From Macrostomum lignano (taxonomy: Eukaryota), in the NCBI GenBank assembly GCA_002269645.1, contig NIVC01001091.1:124001-188000 (forward strand): 64,000 bases of DNA, in the 5' to 3' direction. Below are positions 12,601 to 24,192 of the stretch, piece after piece; the stretch's first letter is position 1; each line of letters starts with the position of its first letter. The notes under the pieces are model-generated. The model was not told where the DNA came from. It did not search any database and saw nothing but the letters and a program-made list of their open reading frames with translations. A program made the translations under genes and the position numbers.

Positions 12601-14421
12601 CTTCATATCTCCGACACTTCATATCAATCTCCGACACTTCATATCTCCGACAGTTCATACCAATCTCCGACACTTCATATCTCCGACAGTTCATATCAAT
12701 CTCCGACACTTCATATCTCCGACAGTTCATATCAATCTCCGACACTTCATATCTCCGACACTTCACATCTCCAACATTTCAAATCTCCGACACTTCATAT
12801 CTCCGACAGTTCATATCTCCGACACTTCATATCTCCGACAGTTCATATCTCCGACAGTTCATATCTCCGACACTTCATATCTCCGACAGTTCATATCTCC
12901 GACACTTCATATCTCCGACACTTCATATCTCCGACACTTCATATCTCCGACAGTTCATATCTCCGACACTTCATATCTCCGACACTTCATATCTCCGACA
13001 CTTCATATCTCCGACACTTCATATCTCCGACAGTTCATATCTCCGACAGTTCATATCTCCGACACTTCATATCTCCGACATTTCATATCTCCGACATTTC
13101 ATATATCTGACAATTCATATCTCCGACACTTCATATCTCCGACACTTCATATCTCCGACACTTCATATCTCCGACAGTTCATATCTCCGACAGTTCATAT
13201 CTCCGACAGTTCATATCTCCGACATTTAATATCTCCGACACCTCATATCTCCGACACTTCATATCACCGACACTTCATATCTCATAACTCATGTCTTCGA
13301 CAAGCTTAGCAATTGACTCCATATGAAGTGGAGAAGATAGGAATGATGCAACAGCTGTACACACTGAGTAATTACACTGACTATATTAAAAAGCTGACTC
13401 AGCTGACTAGCAATCTGCACTCACAAGTCGCGATACCAGACCCGCAGCGTCAGCCGACCGTCTGGAGGCGGCAGGCCGGCCCGGCGCTGCACCTCGGCTA
13501 GCGGCGGCTCCGCTACCGATGTGAAAGCTTTGCGGTCCAGCCAGTAGAATTTGAAGTCGGGCATTGCGGGCTTGTCTGCAAGGGCCATTGTTGACATTTG
13601 GGAATTTGCGAAAATATCATAGTATTGATTATTTGAAAGGCTTTTTAATCTAGAAATCCTAAGCGGAAAAGGTTTTAACCTAAACTCTAAACCTGGGGTC
13701 AGCAAACCATTTTAACTCACGGACCAAATATCTGGAGGGAAGAGGAGGGGAGAGAGACAGGTGAGAGGAGGTGAAAGATGATAGTGGAGAGATAAGAGTG
13801 GAGAGGGAAGAGGAGAGGAGAGAGGAGAGGTGAGAGGGGGTCGGGGAGATGAGGTGAAAGATGAGAGACTGAGAGTGGAGAGATAAGAATGGAGAGGGAA
13901 GAGGAAGGGAGAGAGGAGAGGTGAGAGGGGTCGGGGAGATAAGGTGAAAGATGAGAGTGGAGAGATGAGTGGAGAGGGAAGAGGAGGAAAGAGGGAGAGT
14001 GAAGCTGGGAGAGCAGGAGACCATACGGGAGAGGAGGGGAGAGAAGAGGGGAGAGGGGCAGAATTGTGTATCACACAGCCAACCTGCAAATCTATTATTA
14101 GAATCCAGAAGACCTTAGAAAACTTACACCCAACAAGCAGCTCCTTGTGGAGGCTGAGCTCCTTGTACAGACTGGCATTCGTCCTAACCTGTCCGACGCA
14201 ATCATAATTGCTGCCATTATGCTCGGCCACTGAGACATTGTCAATAACAACAAATGCCGATCGACCATCTAGTGCAATTGTTGCATTAAACAGAGCCTCC
14301 GGATTGAGACGCCTAACGTAGATTAGGGGCAGCCATGACAGGCCAGCATCTGAATTCACTGCACAGCTGATTGTAAGGCGACTGCCGGCAATCAAGTTGC
14401 GATCGGGGAGCAGGTGCACCG
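6628..14421 (-). CDS. Single-pass type I cytokine-receptor-like protein (Ig-like + cytokine-binding-module-like + FN3 repeats + TM + tyrosine-containing tail); exons 14421-14128, 13575-13425, 10584-10343, 8857-7494, 7306-7201, 6773-6628; 5' (signal peptide) exon not identified
   Basis: All six exons have AG/GT boundaries with matching phases (1,1,2,1,0,1) and give one open frame. It includes an Ig-like segment (LTISCAV...YDCVG), MEVFAELCNNIG...FD...EKPLPVGGL, FN3 LVVSWESP, a hydrophobic TM (IWLICIGLAVVLIASLSFGCYLC), a proline-rich juxtamembrane PIPP and a tail ending ...SGYGDQGYSPR...QHSV*. The family call rests on motif resemblance to gp130/Domeless recalled from memory. Confidence 0.8.
6875..7188. 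repeat. Degenerate ~20-bp intronic minisatellite (CCCTACTATAAGTAGAAACA-like)
   Basis: CTACTATAAGTAG motifs recur through the last intron of the receptor gene. Confidence 0.75.
8966..10160. repeat. 38-bp intronic minisatellite, ~31 copies (AAAATATCCCAAAACTACAATGGAACGGGATTTCTCCT)
   Basis: A 38-nt period is directly visible (ACTACAATGG at 9241 and 9279). Units are nearly identical with no unique spacers. Confidence 0.97.
10686..10948 (-). mobile_element. tRNA-derived SINE-like element
   Basis: The minus strand carries a box A-like TAGCCCAGGGC (10938-10928) and a box B-like GCTCGATTCC (10893-10884), followed by a ~200-nt body and a short A-rich tail. It does not fold into a complete cloverleaf. 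Confidence 0.45.
12036..13275. repeat. 16-bp intronic minisatellite (ATCTCCGACACTTCAT/ATCTCCGACAGTTCAT, with 20-bp CAAT-insertion variants)
   Basis: 16-nt period (12361 vs 12377) with two alternating variants. Confidence 0.97.
13738..14060. repeat. GA-rich low-complexity intronic tract with a ~100-bp internal duplication
   Basis: Purine-rich (GGAGAG/GAGAGG) tract. GAGAGGAGAGGTGAGAGGGG...GGTGAAAGATGA occurs twice. It lies between receptor exons 14128 and 13575. Confidence 0.85.
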
Positions 14422-14690
14422 CTGGGATGTGGCAATGGGATTCAAGTTAGTTTGTAGTTAGTTATGATTTGCTGAAAATCTAAATCCCAGTGAAAGAGAA
14501 AAAGCAGTGGTCCACGTCGTCTGACTGTCTCTTTGTTCAGAGCATACATGCGCAACTGCCAGGCCAACCCAGCTGATCTGGCTAGCATAGATTGTTGCAG
14601 ACCAAGGGTAGGTAGCAAAATTGATTACTTTTTTAACAACTTTCGACAAAATTTGAAGATTCTTACTTTGGTTTAAGGTAAGGTGCAAAA

Positions 14691-15480
14691 TTGAGTCACT
14701 TACGCACAAGAGCCAAGGAACATTTCAAAAAAGTGTCGGCTGTACATGATCACCTTCTTATGTGCAACCACTGTACCCAATGCAAGCACATTTACCAATT
14801 CAGTATTATTGACAACAGTCAATACAGTGGAAAGCTACTAACTTTCGAAGCATTGTACATAAAAGAGCTTAAACCTACCCTCAACAGTCAACTATATAAC
14901 AGAGGCACTAGAGTAGCCTACCTTAAGATTTTCTAACCTGTCTTTTCTTATTTTGTGTGTTCACCCACCAACTTTTGTTAGACTTTCACCCTCTTTCTCT
15001 TTTATCCACTTATATTTTTCCCTTGGTTTTTGTTTAACATATCAACACAAGGTGCCACCACCACAAACCCTAAAAAAACAACCTTGAAACGAACCTCCCA
15101 TCATTATAAACCCAAAATATCACATTCTTGAAAACTCTGATGTGGCCTACATTTTGGATTCAGTTGGTTGATAAGGCTTTTTTTCAAGAATGTGATTTTT
15201 TGGGTTTGTGATGCCTCCTTGTAAGATATTGCCTATAATTATAATGTTGTTTTTCTTACTACTAATTTACAGAATTAAATTATAAAAATTCAAATGCTTA
15301 ACAAATTAATTACTGACATAATCTATCCTAATATTTTTTTTCCTATTTTTTTCCTATTTTTCCTATTTCTAATCTACAGTTAAACATTTGTTCACTTATA
15401 TAAAGTTGTTGTGAGTGTTAAAAATACACTAGACCCTGAAGATGGCCATTGTTGGTCCGAAACGCGTCGGTAGAAAGAAT
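14691..15480 (+). mobile_element. 5'-truncated Penelope-like retroelement (C-terminal GIY-YIG endonuclease remnant + 3' pLTR region)
   Basis: ORF 14691-14936 reads HLRTRAKEH...AVHDHLLMC...LLTFEALYIKELKPTLNSQ, which is the typical PLE GIY-YIG C-terminus (RxxEH, EAxxI, PxLN). An AT-rich 3' region follows, containing a hammerhead-like motif. Confidence 0.82.
15433..15471 (+). ncRNA. Minimal type I hammerhead ribozyme motif (Penelope-associated)
   Basis: ACC-CTGAAGA-T-GGCCA-TTGT-TGGTC-C-GAAA-CGCG-TC-GGT. It has the core CUGANGA and GAAA boxes, stem I ACC/GGT, an imperfect stem II, palindromic ACGCGU in place of stem III and a GUC cleavage triplet. Confidence 0.72.
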
Positions 15481-16399
15481 TAATTGTAATCTATGTTGAT
15501 TTTAACTTTTGTTTTTCTCTGCCTGCTAAAGCGTGCTACCTTACCTCAATAATCTATCCTCATTGAAAGCAATACGAAAATTTAAATTTTAACTACTATT
15601 CTTGAAGAAAAAAATAAGTACTGCAAAAATAAAAGTATACTTACTATAATTATAAAGTGACTTCATATCTAGTTTAAATGAAGTCACTGATTGGCCAAGG
15701 ACAAAGTAGCAAATTAAAATAGCCACCAAATTGGTGGTATACCAGATCTTTAATTTAAAATGCTGGAAATTAAAACATAGCAATAGATATTAATAGTATT
15801 CTATAAAAACAAAACAAAACTTTCAGATCCTATTAAAATACTCTATAAAAACTATAGGTTGTATGTTTCTACATTTTTACAAGGTGCTTCTTAAAGTGCA
15901 CTTTTGATTTGGATATATATAGGTTTTGCTAGAGTTCCATTATAGCTATTGATTTGACTATAGGAAGTTAAAGATTTAATAGATTTTTAGATAGAACACA
16001 TAAATAGATCATATGGCTATGGAATACATATTTCCCCATTCAGATATTTAGTTCCAATGTCTAATAATATTGGCCACTTAATAACTGAGATTGAAAGGCT
16101 TAAAATATCATTAGAAGCTTCATACATGCGCAACCTCCAAAATTCAGTCTGCCATGCAACTTTGTTTTAGCAAAAATGCGACAGTTTTTGGCCAAAAATG
16201 TGGTAATAAAAACCCTGGCCTAAAGCAAAATTAACGCAACTTTGGGTAAATGGCAAGACTAACTATGACTGTCTTATTAGGTCAAAATGCCTCCTCAGCT
16301 ATTTAGTAATACTACTAGCAATCTACGCCCCCCGTTGGGAAGCCAAAGAAATGCAATACACGTTTTTTTAAATAAGCTACATGTATCCTTGAAATCTTA

Positions 16400-17420
16400 A
16401 AAAATCTCCTGTCAAACCTTGTAAGCCTTGACATGTCAGTAATTCCCCCCCACAAGCTTTAACATATCAACCCCCCCTTGACATCTCAGCAATGCCCCCA
16501 ATAAGCCTTGGAAATCTAAAAATATCTGTCAACCTTCTAACCCTAACCCTAGCCTAACCCTAACCCTAACCTAACCCTAAAGCATTGAAATTTCAGTAAT
16601 TCTCTCTAAGAGTCATTATAGCACTACTACAGCATTATAGCGATTCCCTGCAAGCCTCGACATCGTAGGGATTCCCAAATGAATCTCTTAACTTCGACAT
16701 GAAGCTTATTTTATTTTTTACATTACACTTTTTTATCAGCGATCCCTCCCCAGAGGAGGCATCAAATAATGTATTAAAAAGTTTTCAATAAACTACATGT
16801 AGCTTCTGACTTTAGCCTTGAAATCTCATTTATACCCCCGTGAGCCTTGACATCTCAGCTATTCCCCCCGTAAGCCTTGACATCTCAGCTATTCCCCCCG
16901 TAAGCCTTGACATCTCAGCTATTCCCCCCGTAAGCCTTGACATGTCAGCGATGGCCTCCATAAACCTTGAAATCTAAAAAATCCCCCGTTAACCTTGAAA
17001 CCCGATAAAATCTAACCCTCAACCCACACCTGAACTAAACCTAACTTTAACCCATCCTAAAGTCTTGAAATCTCAGCAATTCTTCTCCCCTAAGCCTTGA
17101 CATTTTAGTGATTCCTTCTTTAAGAATCACAGCACTATAACGATTTCCACCAAGCTTTGGCATCGTAGCAATTCCCAAATGAATCTTTTAACTTCGACAT
17201 GACTCTTCTTTTATGTATACATAGTGCTACTTTTATTTTTTACATGGCTCTTCTTCTATCAGCGCCCCCCCCCCCGAGGCGAGCCAACAAAGAATGTAAT
17301 AAAAAAATTGAGTAAAGTATATGAACTTTGAAGTAGCTTCTGACTTTTGCTTTGACATCTCAGAACCCCCCCATAATCTCAGTTATTCTCTGTGAGCCTT
17401 GACGTCTCAGTTTTTCTCCC
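16400..17420. repeat. Degenerate repeat block with 30-bp units (CCTTGACATCTCAGCTATTCCCCCCGTAAG, 3 near-perfect copies at ~16843-16945) and short (CCCTAA)n-like runs
   Basis: CCTTGACATCTCAGC/CCTTGAAATCT motifs recur. Two larger related blocks (~16400-16800 and ~16930-17330) each contain a TAACCC-rich stretch. Confidence 0.65.
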
Positions 17421-17544
17421 TAGCACAGCACTATAGCTTCATTTAATTTTTACATGACACCTTTCATGTCTGACATGACGCTTTTTTTATTCTACCATGA
17501 TGCTTCTTAATTTTTTAAATGATACTTTTATTAGTTTTTAAATG

Positions 17545-18905
17545 AGGCTTCTATGATTGTTTACATGACGCTTCTATGATTTTTACATGACGCTTCTATG
17601 ATTTCTTTATGACGCTTCTATGATTGTTTACATGATGCTTCTATGATTTTTTACATGACGCTTATATGATTTTTTATGACGCTTTTACGATTTTTACATG
17701 ACGCTTTTATGATTGTTTACATGACGCTTTTATGATTGTTTACATGACGCTTCTATGATTGTTTACATGACGCTTCTATGATTGTTTACATGACGCTTCT
17801 ATGATTTTTACATGACGCTTCCATGATTTCTTTATGACGCTTCTATGATTTTTACATGACGCTTATATGATTTTTACATGACGCTTCTATGATTTCTTTA
17901 TGACGCTTCTATGATTGTTTACCTGACGCTTCTATGATTGTTTACATGATGCTTCTATGATTTTTTACATGACGCTTTTATGATTGTTTACATGACGCTT
18001 CTATGATTGTTTACATGACGCTTCTATGATTGTTTACATGACGCTTCTATGATTGTTTACATGACGCTTCTATGATTTTTACATGACGCTTCTATGATTT
18101 CTTTATGACGCTTCTATGATTGTTTACATGATGCTTCTATGATTTTTTACATGACGCTTATATGATTTTTTATGACGCTTTTACGATTTTTACATGACGC
18201 TTTTATGATTGTTTACATGACGCTTTTATGATTGTTTACATGACGCTTCTATGATTGTTTACATGACGCTTCTATGATTGTTTACATGACGCTTCTATGA
18301 TTTTTACATGACGCTTCCATGATTTCTTTATGACGCTTCTATGATTTTTACATGACGCTTATATGATTTTTACATGACGTTTCTATGATTTCTTTATGAC
18401 GCTTCTATGATTGTTTACCTGACGCTTCTATGATTGTTTACATGACGCTTCTATGATTTTTTACATGACGCTTCTATGATTTTTACATGACGCTTATATG
18501 ATTTTTTATGACGCTTTTATGATTTTTACATGACGCTTTTATGATTGTTTACATGACGCTTCTATGATTGTTTACATGACGCTTCTATGATTTTTTACAT
18601 GACGCTTTTATGATTGATTACATGACGCTTTTATGATTGTTTACATGACGCTTCTATGATTGTTTACATGACGCTTCTATGATTTTTTACATGACGCTTT
18701 TATGATTTTTTCTTGACGCTTCTATGATTTTTTAAATGACGCTTCTATGATTGTTTACATGACGCTTCTATGATTGTTTACATGACGCTTCTATGATTTT
18801 TTAAATGACGCATCTATGATTTTTATATGACGCTTCTATGATTTTTAAAATGATGCTTCTATGATTTTGTAAATGACGCTTCTATGATTTTTACATGACG
18901 CTTCT
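17545..18905. repeat. 22-23-bp minisatellite (CATGACGCTTCTATGATTGTTTA) with a 496-bp higher-order duplication
   Basis: 23-nt period (17761 vs 17784). Rare variants recur exactly 496 nt apart (CTTCCATG 17821/18317; ACCTGACG 17921/18417). Confidence 0.95.
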
Positions 18906-20739
18906 TTTTAAAAAGTCTTTTAGTTTTCCTGACGTTGAAAAGCTTTAATTAAAAAAATTATACTCTATGAAAATTCGAACCATCGTCACTGCATTTAGCA
19001 GTTCAGTTTGTTCACCTCTAGGCTAGCTCTCATCATTTTGATAACATCAACTTTTGCACTTATATAGCTCAACACTTTTAAATCCAAGCATAGAGTAAAT
19101 CACACGAAGCAGTTATGACATAATCAGTTTCTCAGTCAGTCAGTATTAGTTAACAATATGGTTACGCAATTTAAATCAAGTCTGGTGCTACGCTTCCACA
19201 CTGCATTTTCAATTCAAGTCAGAGTTACAATTCAGTTATGATGCAATCTATTTCAGAGTCAGAATTCAACTAGTCAGTTTTTTCTCTAGCATTCTTACAA
19301 TGCATTTCAAGTCAAAAAGTTTGCTTGACCTTTGCAAAAAAGCATGTTTTTCGAATATTTAATGCCTTTAGCATCGAGCAATTTCTTAGCCACGATGCAT
19401 GTACCGTCACGGGAAAATTTCTGATCGAACAGTGCAAGTTCGAACAAAATCGATCCAGCCATTTTTTCTCTAATCGATCACATAGATAGATAGACACAGA
19501 CAGACCATTTTTAGTATATGGACTTTGGTATTTTTTCCGGTGGGCATTTTTGCAACTTCCTTGATTGGCTGCCAAATTGGTCAGCCAGATCGGCCAACTC
19601 AGCTGACTGTTGCGCATGTACGAGAAGCTTTGATTCAATGGTCTCTAATGACTAATATAGAATAAGACTGCTATTATTAAGGATATATATATTTAGATAT
19701 ATACTTAGACTTGTTTTTAGATTTACTGAGACCTATACTCAGAATTATACTGAGACCAATACTCAGAGTCTTAGACTAATAACCAGACCCTATTCTAGTT
19801 ATATTATATGCTTAGGAGATAATCTAAGAAAACTAAGTTCAGTCTATAATTATAACCAATACCCTTATTACAACTTGGTGGCAGCTTTTTGGAATTGCAA
19901 TATGGCAACTCTACCTATAAGCTTTATATTAACAATTCTCAGATAAACCTTCTTAGAACCTAAATAACATTTTAGAAATTTCTCTATGGGCCTTGAAATC
20001 AGAAATTCCTAATATATCAATACAAAAAATCTAGCACTAGTTCTATTTAAGTCTAGCCTAAAGAGTCAATGCAGACTAATTGACAGAGTATCATAAGCCA
20101 CTAGCACCAAGCAAGAAAAAGGGGTATACTAGCACTGGCATAGGCCTAGCCAGGAGCATGGGAGCATACATGCATAACCTTGGGAATCACCTGGCCATTT
20201 CTATTGGCAACATACACATGTAAGTTGCTATTGGCTGAGAGCAGTCACATGACAACTATTCCATCCAATGGCGACTTACATGTATTATGTTGCCAATAGA
20301 AATGGCCGGGTAAGTCCCTAGGTTGCACCCGAGCATGCGCAGGAGGCAATAGATAGTGACCTAAAAAAATTAACACATTGTCAGTTAAATAAGAGAAATA
20401 TATACTTAGGCCTAGGCCTAGCTTATTTTTGCAAATATACAAAGAGCAAAAATTATTTTATTTACCAATTTCAATGCAAGAGAAAAACAAGTGCAATATA
20501 TACCTAAAAAATTAATAGCAATAAGATTAAAAGGGTAGGTATATATATATACTATAGAAGGCATAAAAATTGTAAATATATATTTTTAATTTAGTATACA
20601 TGTCATATCATGTTATGTTAGACTTTATAGACATGCCATTTCAAAGATCAAAGGCTGGAGACCAAGCCAATTTTTGCCAAGAGCAATCCTTTCTACCCTC
20701 CTCCCATGGGTTTATCCTCTAGGGGCCTTTTCATATTAC

Positions 20740-21767
20740 TGAGGTGGCCGGTGGAGAGAAGATTTAAAAATTTGGAACGTTGGTAAGTTTGAAAAGTTGG
20801 GTTTCTTCGAAACCGAATGGCGTTGAGTTCGCACGAATTAAATCCGGAAAATCGCGCAGACGAATCACAACGAATCTTCTCCTTAGTTACTCTGACTGCC
20901 GGGTTCCTCAAGTCCGGGGGGAGGGTAGTCGTAATCGTAGCAGAGCGGTCGTTAGAGCGGCACGGTCGTTCAGATGATAGACACCATAGATTTTGAATTA
21001 GACGTTGAATTCGCTGAATTGCTTACTGTCAGTAGGGTAGAGCTGCCACCACCGTAATTTACGTATTACGGAACGTTGAAGTCTCAGACTTTCTTTGAGT
21101 TGAGAACTGGGTTGTTTCACGCCCTACGGGCAAATGACTTAATTAGACTAACGAGGCTTCAGTTAATGGATAAGAAAATTAAACAGCACTTATTGAGGTT
21201 TATAAGTTTAACGGCGAGTAAATGTTTATGGTTGACACACGATGGTATCTAGTAAATATGAATGCGAAAGAGAGCTAAATTGGAATGGCGAGACAGAACC
21301 GGCGTGCCGGGGTGCTAAATTATTACCACAAAATCCTAAGCTTAATTTAATGAACGGATAAACAAAGTTTCCGAAGCAATAATAGAAAGAAAAGTTAAAA
21401 AGTGGAAAAGTGGAAAAACAAGAGCAAAAGCAAAACAAAAGGAAAAGAAGGGGGAGAGGAGGAGAGGAGCATGGTTGAACACTAAAAATTTCCCATACAT
21501 TAAATATTAAGCCAAAATTGTATGAGCATCAATTGGGATAAGCAAAGGCCAACACTGGGGCCATAACCGGAACCTAAAAATGGTACATTGATTGGTACAA
21601 CAAAATAATAGACAAAAATTAGACACAAGTAAATGAGAGCACGGGGGTGGGGCCACAAGGGGGACCCCAGACGGGAAAGAACAGACCACACAAGGGCGCA
21701 ACAGCGGGACCAACCAAATTAGGCCTAAGGGGCAAACCCGGGAACGGGAGATGGCGGGACTACATCA
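20740..21767 (-). mobile_element. Gypsy-type LTR (~1.03 kb), probably solo
   Basis: TGAGGT...ACATCA termini. The first ~450 bp clearly resembles the LTR at 33911 (GCACGAATTAAATCCGGAAA, GCTGCCACCACCGTAATT, GGGCAAATGACTTAA). No matching TSD was found. Confidence 0.7.
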
Positions 21768-23208
21768 TTCGCACCTCATGGTGGACAAAGTGGGCCAAAA
21801 CCCGGGAAACAACAAAAAAACACCGTGTGATAGCCCCACCTACCACATTACCAATTCCAGAACCAGAATCGGTTTGGAATTCCAAGAAAAACAGCAGTAT
21901 AACTATTAAACTCTGTTAATATTTGACTGCCTTAACAACCTAATTCTTAGCACAATTTTTCACTTTCTTCTTGGAGATTGTCAATCAATAATAAAAACTT
22001 TATAGCGCGTATCTCTCTCTAGTTATGGAGACAAAAATTTATACTTCACAAATTGGTTCTGGTTCTGGAACCAGAGCAAGCAATATGAAAAGGCCCTAAG
22101 GATCCACAGAATCCTAGAAATAGTCTATAGAAACAGAATATTTGATAATAGGCCCCCTGAACTTAAAGTTAATAAAATAATTGATAGAATATTTGATAGG
22201 TAGGCCTAAAGTTTTGTATCCAACTTACCAAAAAAGTTTACGTTCTGGAATTGGTAATATGAAAAGCCTCTTTAATGACGAAAAGTTTTAACAAAGTACT
22301 CGATGCTATTCAGTATTCAATACATGTAGTTTATTTGAAAGATTTGTAAAACAGTGAAAAAAAAGACGGTGTTTGAACAGATTCATTTTAAGGTTCTTTA
22401 TTCTAATAAGCTGCCGTGGGGATTTAAGCTGGAATTATCGGCACGGCACTCGGAAAAGTAAATGGAAAAATTGATGGGAAAGTTTATAGAAAAGTAAATA
22501 GTAAAGTTTATGGCCAAAGTTATATTTATGTTTTGATACTTTTGATTCTCAATTAGTCTTAATAACAAAAATTACTAATATAATATAGTATAGGCCTAAG
22601 CAAATTCAATGACAACAGAATTTTAAGTACAAGAATACACAGTCATAACTCATAAAATAAAATATTATCATGGAATCCTAATTTTAGAAACAAAAAGCTT
22701 TATGTGAAATATGAGCCACTAGCAAAAGAGTTATAAATAATGTTTTTTGTCCTTTTGTTTCCTTTTTATTTTAGTAGTCCTTGACCTATCCAAGGCTTGG
22801 GTTAATATCTGTCATTTAGGCTAGGGCCTAACCATTTCGGTGACAAACAAAATCAGCAACATTGGTTATTCACCAAAGGGCTCCCCAAGTAGTTGAGGTC
22901 TTACTACTTAAGGAGGCCTTGCCCCTTGGCCTGGATTCGATTCACCGGCATCATTCACTATAAAGTCATAGACAAATTCAGCGAAAGCACTTTTGGTTAC
23001 AAACTCTGCCTAACATTTGACATCAATAAAGTAAAAAATTGTATAATCTTATTAAATAATTGTCAATGCACAATATTCATTAATGCATATTAACTTCTCC
23101 TTTTAAATTGACTTTGTTTCATCCAATCCTTATCCTCTGCTTTTCAAATGTGCTTTCCAAGTTAGTGAAATAGATGGGGTTTTCTCGGGGTGGCCTGGTA
23201 GGTCTTTG

Positions 23209-24192
23209 AATCCTACCGCTGCCACCAGTGAAGTACTTGTGGTTGTCCTGCTGTACAGCGCAGTGACTTGGGCTCCGTCCTCTCACTTAGAAGCCTTCTT
23301 AACTCTTAGTAATGTAGGTAGTGCTGCCACCAGTTCCTTCAGGTCTTGGCCTTCGATGAGGTGAGCTTCCCATCGGAACGAAATAAACAAGTCAACAAAC
23401 TTAGCACAGTGTGCAGATTAGCAGAATAATGAACAAGGCGTCCTGATCAGCAGATCCCCGCCGGGCTCAGGGGTGGCTGGGAAGGCAGTGTTAGCCTCCT
23501 TAGGCTTGGGCTTTAGTGGGGTCTCAGTCAGACCAGTACAAATGGATTCAGTACACAAAGGGCACTTAGTTAGACATTGACGCACATGGGATCTTAGTGA
23601 ATTCTCCACAGATAAGAAGCCACTCCTTGACGGAAACAAAGGAGAGGGGTCTTATTTATAATAGAGAAATACCCACGCACAAGACCTCGTGACCTCGTTC
23701 TATTTTTAGAACTGACGTCACTTAAGAGTCTCGGGCAGGGTACAAGCGTGCGGAAGACCTCGTGACTCGTTCTATTTTTAGAACTGACGTCACTTGAGGT
23801 CTCCGGCCAGAGTACACGCGGCTGTGACTCAGTTGCTATTTTTAGCAACATGAGTCACTCCTCTCCTTAGAGAAGGGAGGGGTCTGAAAGCACGTGATTC
23901 TCCCGGTAAACAGGGCCAATGAGTGCAGTAAACATGTTTATTGCACTTTAGGACTCGAAGAACGCAGAGTCTGTCATGTGACTTGCTCACATGACAGAGG
24001 AAAACGGGACGGGAACGAAACAGAGACAGCCCACAGCAGAGAAGCTAAGGGCTGAGAACAGAGACGCAGAAAGGCAGAACAGGCCAAGGGCAGCAACAGA
24101 CGGGCCAAGGGGGCGGGAAGCTGACCAGCGGCAGACAGCAACCCAAGGCGAGGGCGAGGGAGACTGCTGACAAAGTGGGACGCCTAACATCA
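23209..24192 (-). mobile_element. LTR (23229-24192, 964 bp) plus tRNA-Leu primer-binding site (23209-23227); internal region deleted
   Basis: TGAAGT...ACATCA termini. On the minus strand the LTR end is followed after 1 nt by TGGTGGCAGCGGTAGGATT, which is complementary to the metazoan tRNA-Leu(AAG/TAG) 3' end (..AATCCCACCGCTGCCACCA, recalled) with one mismatch. Confidence 0.78.

Noticed and set aside
8966-13275. Regular short repeats that might be taken for CRISPR arrays (also 17545-18905, 38176-38870, 63075-63655)
   Set aside because: Units are contiguous with no unique spacers, there are no cas genes, and most lie in spliceosomal introns of a eukaryote.
16534-16580. (CCCTAA)n-like run suggesting an interstitial telomere or chromosome-fusion scar
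   Set aside because: Only ~45 bp, imperfect, and embedded in a degenerate repeat block that has a second TAACCC-rich stretch; more likely part of a dispersed repeat.
18965-19030. tRNA-like box A/box B remnant on the minus strand
   Set aside because: Too degenerate to fold or to delimit; at most an old SINE relic.
21847-22258. 17-bp inverted repeat (ATTACCAATTCCAGAAC) bounding ~410 bp, a possible MITE
   Set aside because: No TSD could be identified and the interior is uninformative; insufficient support.
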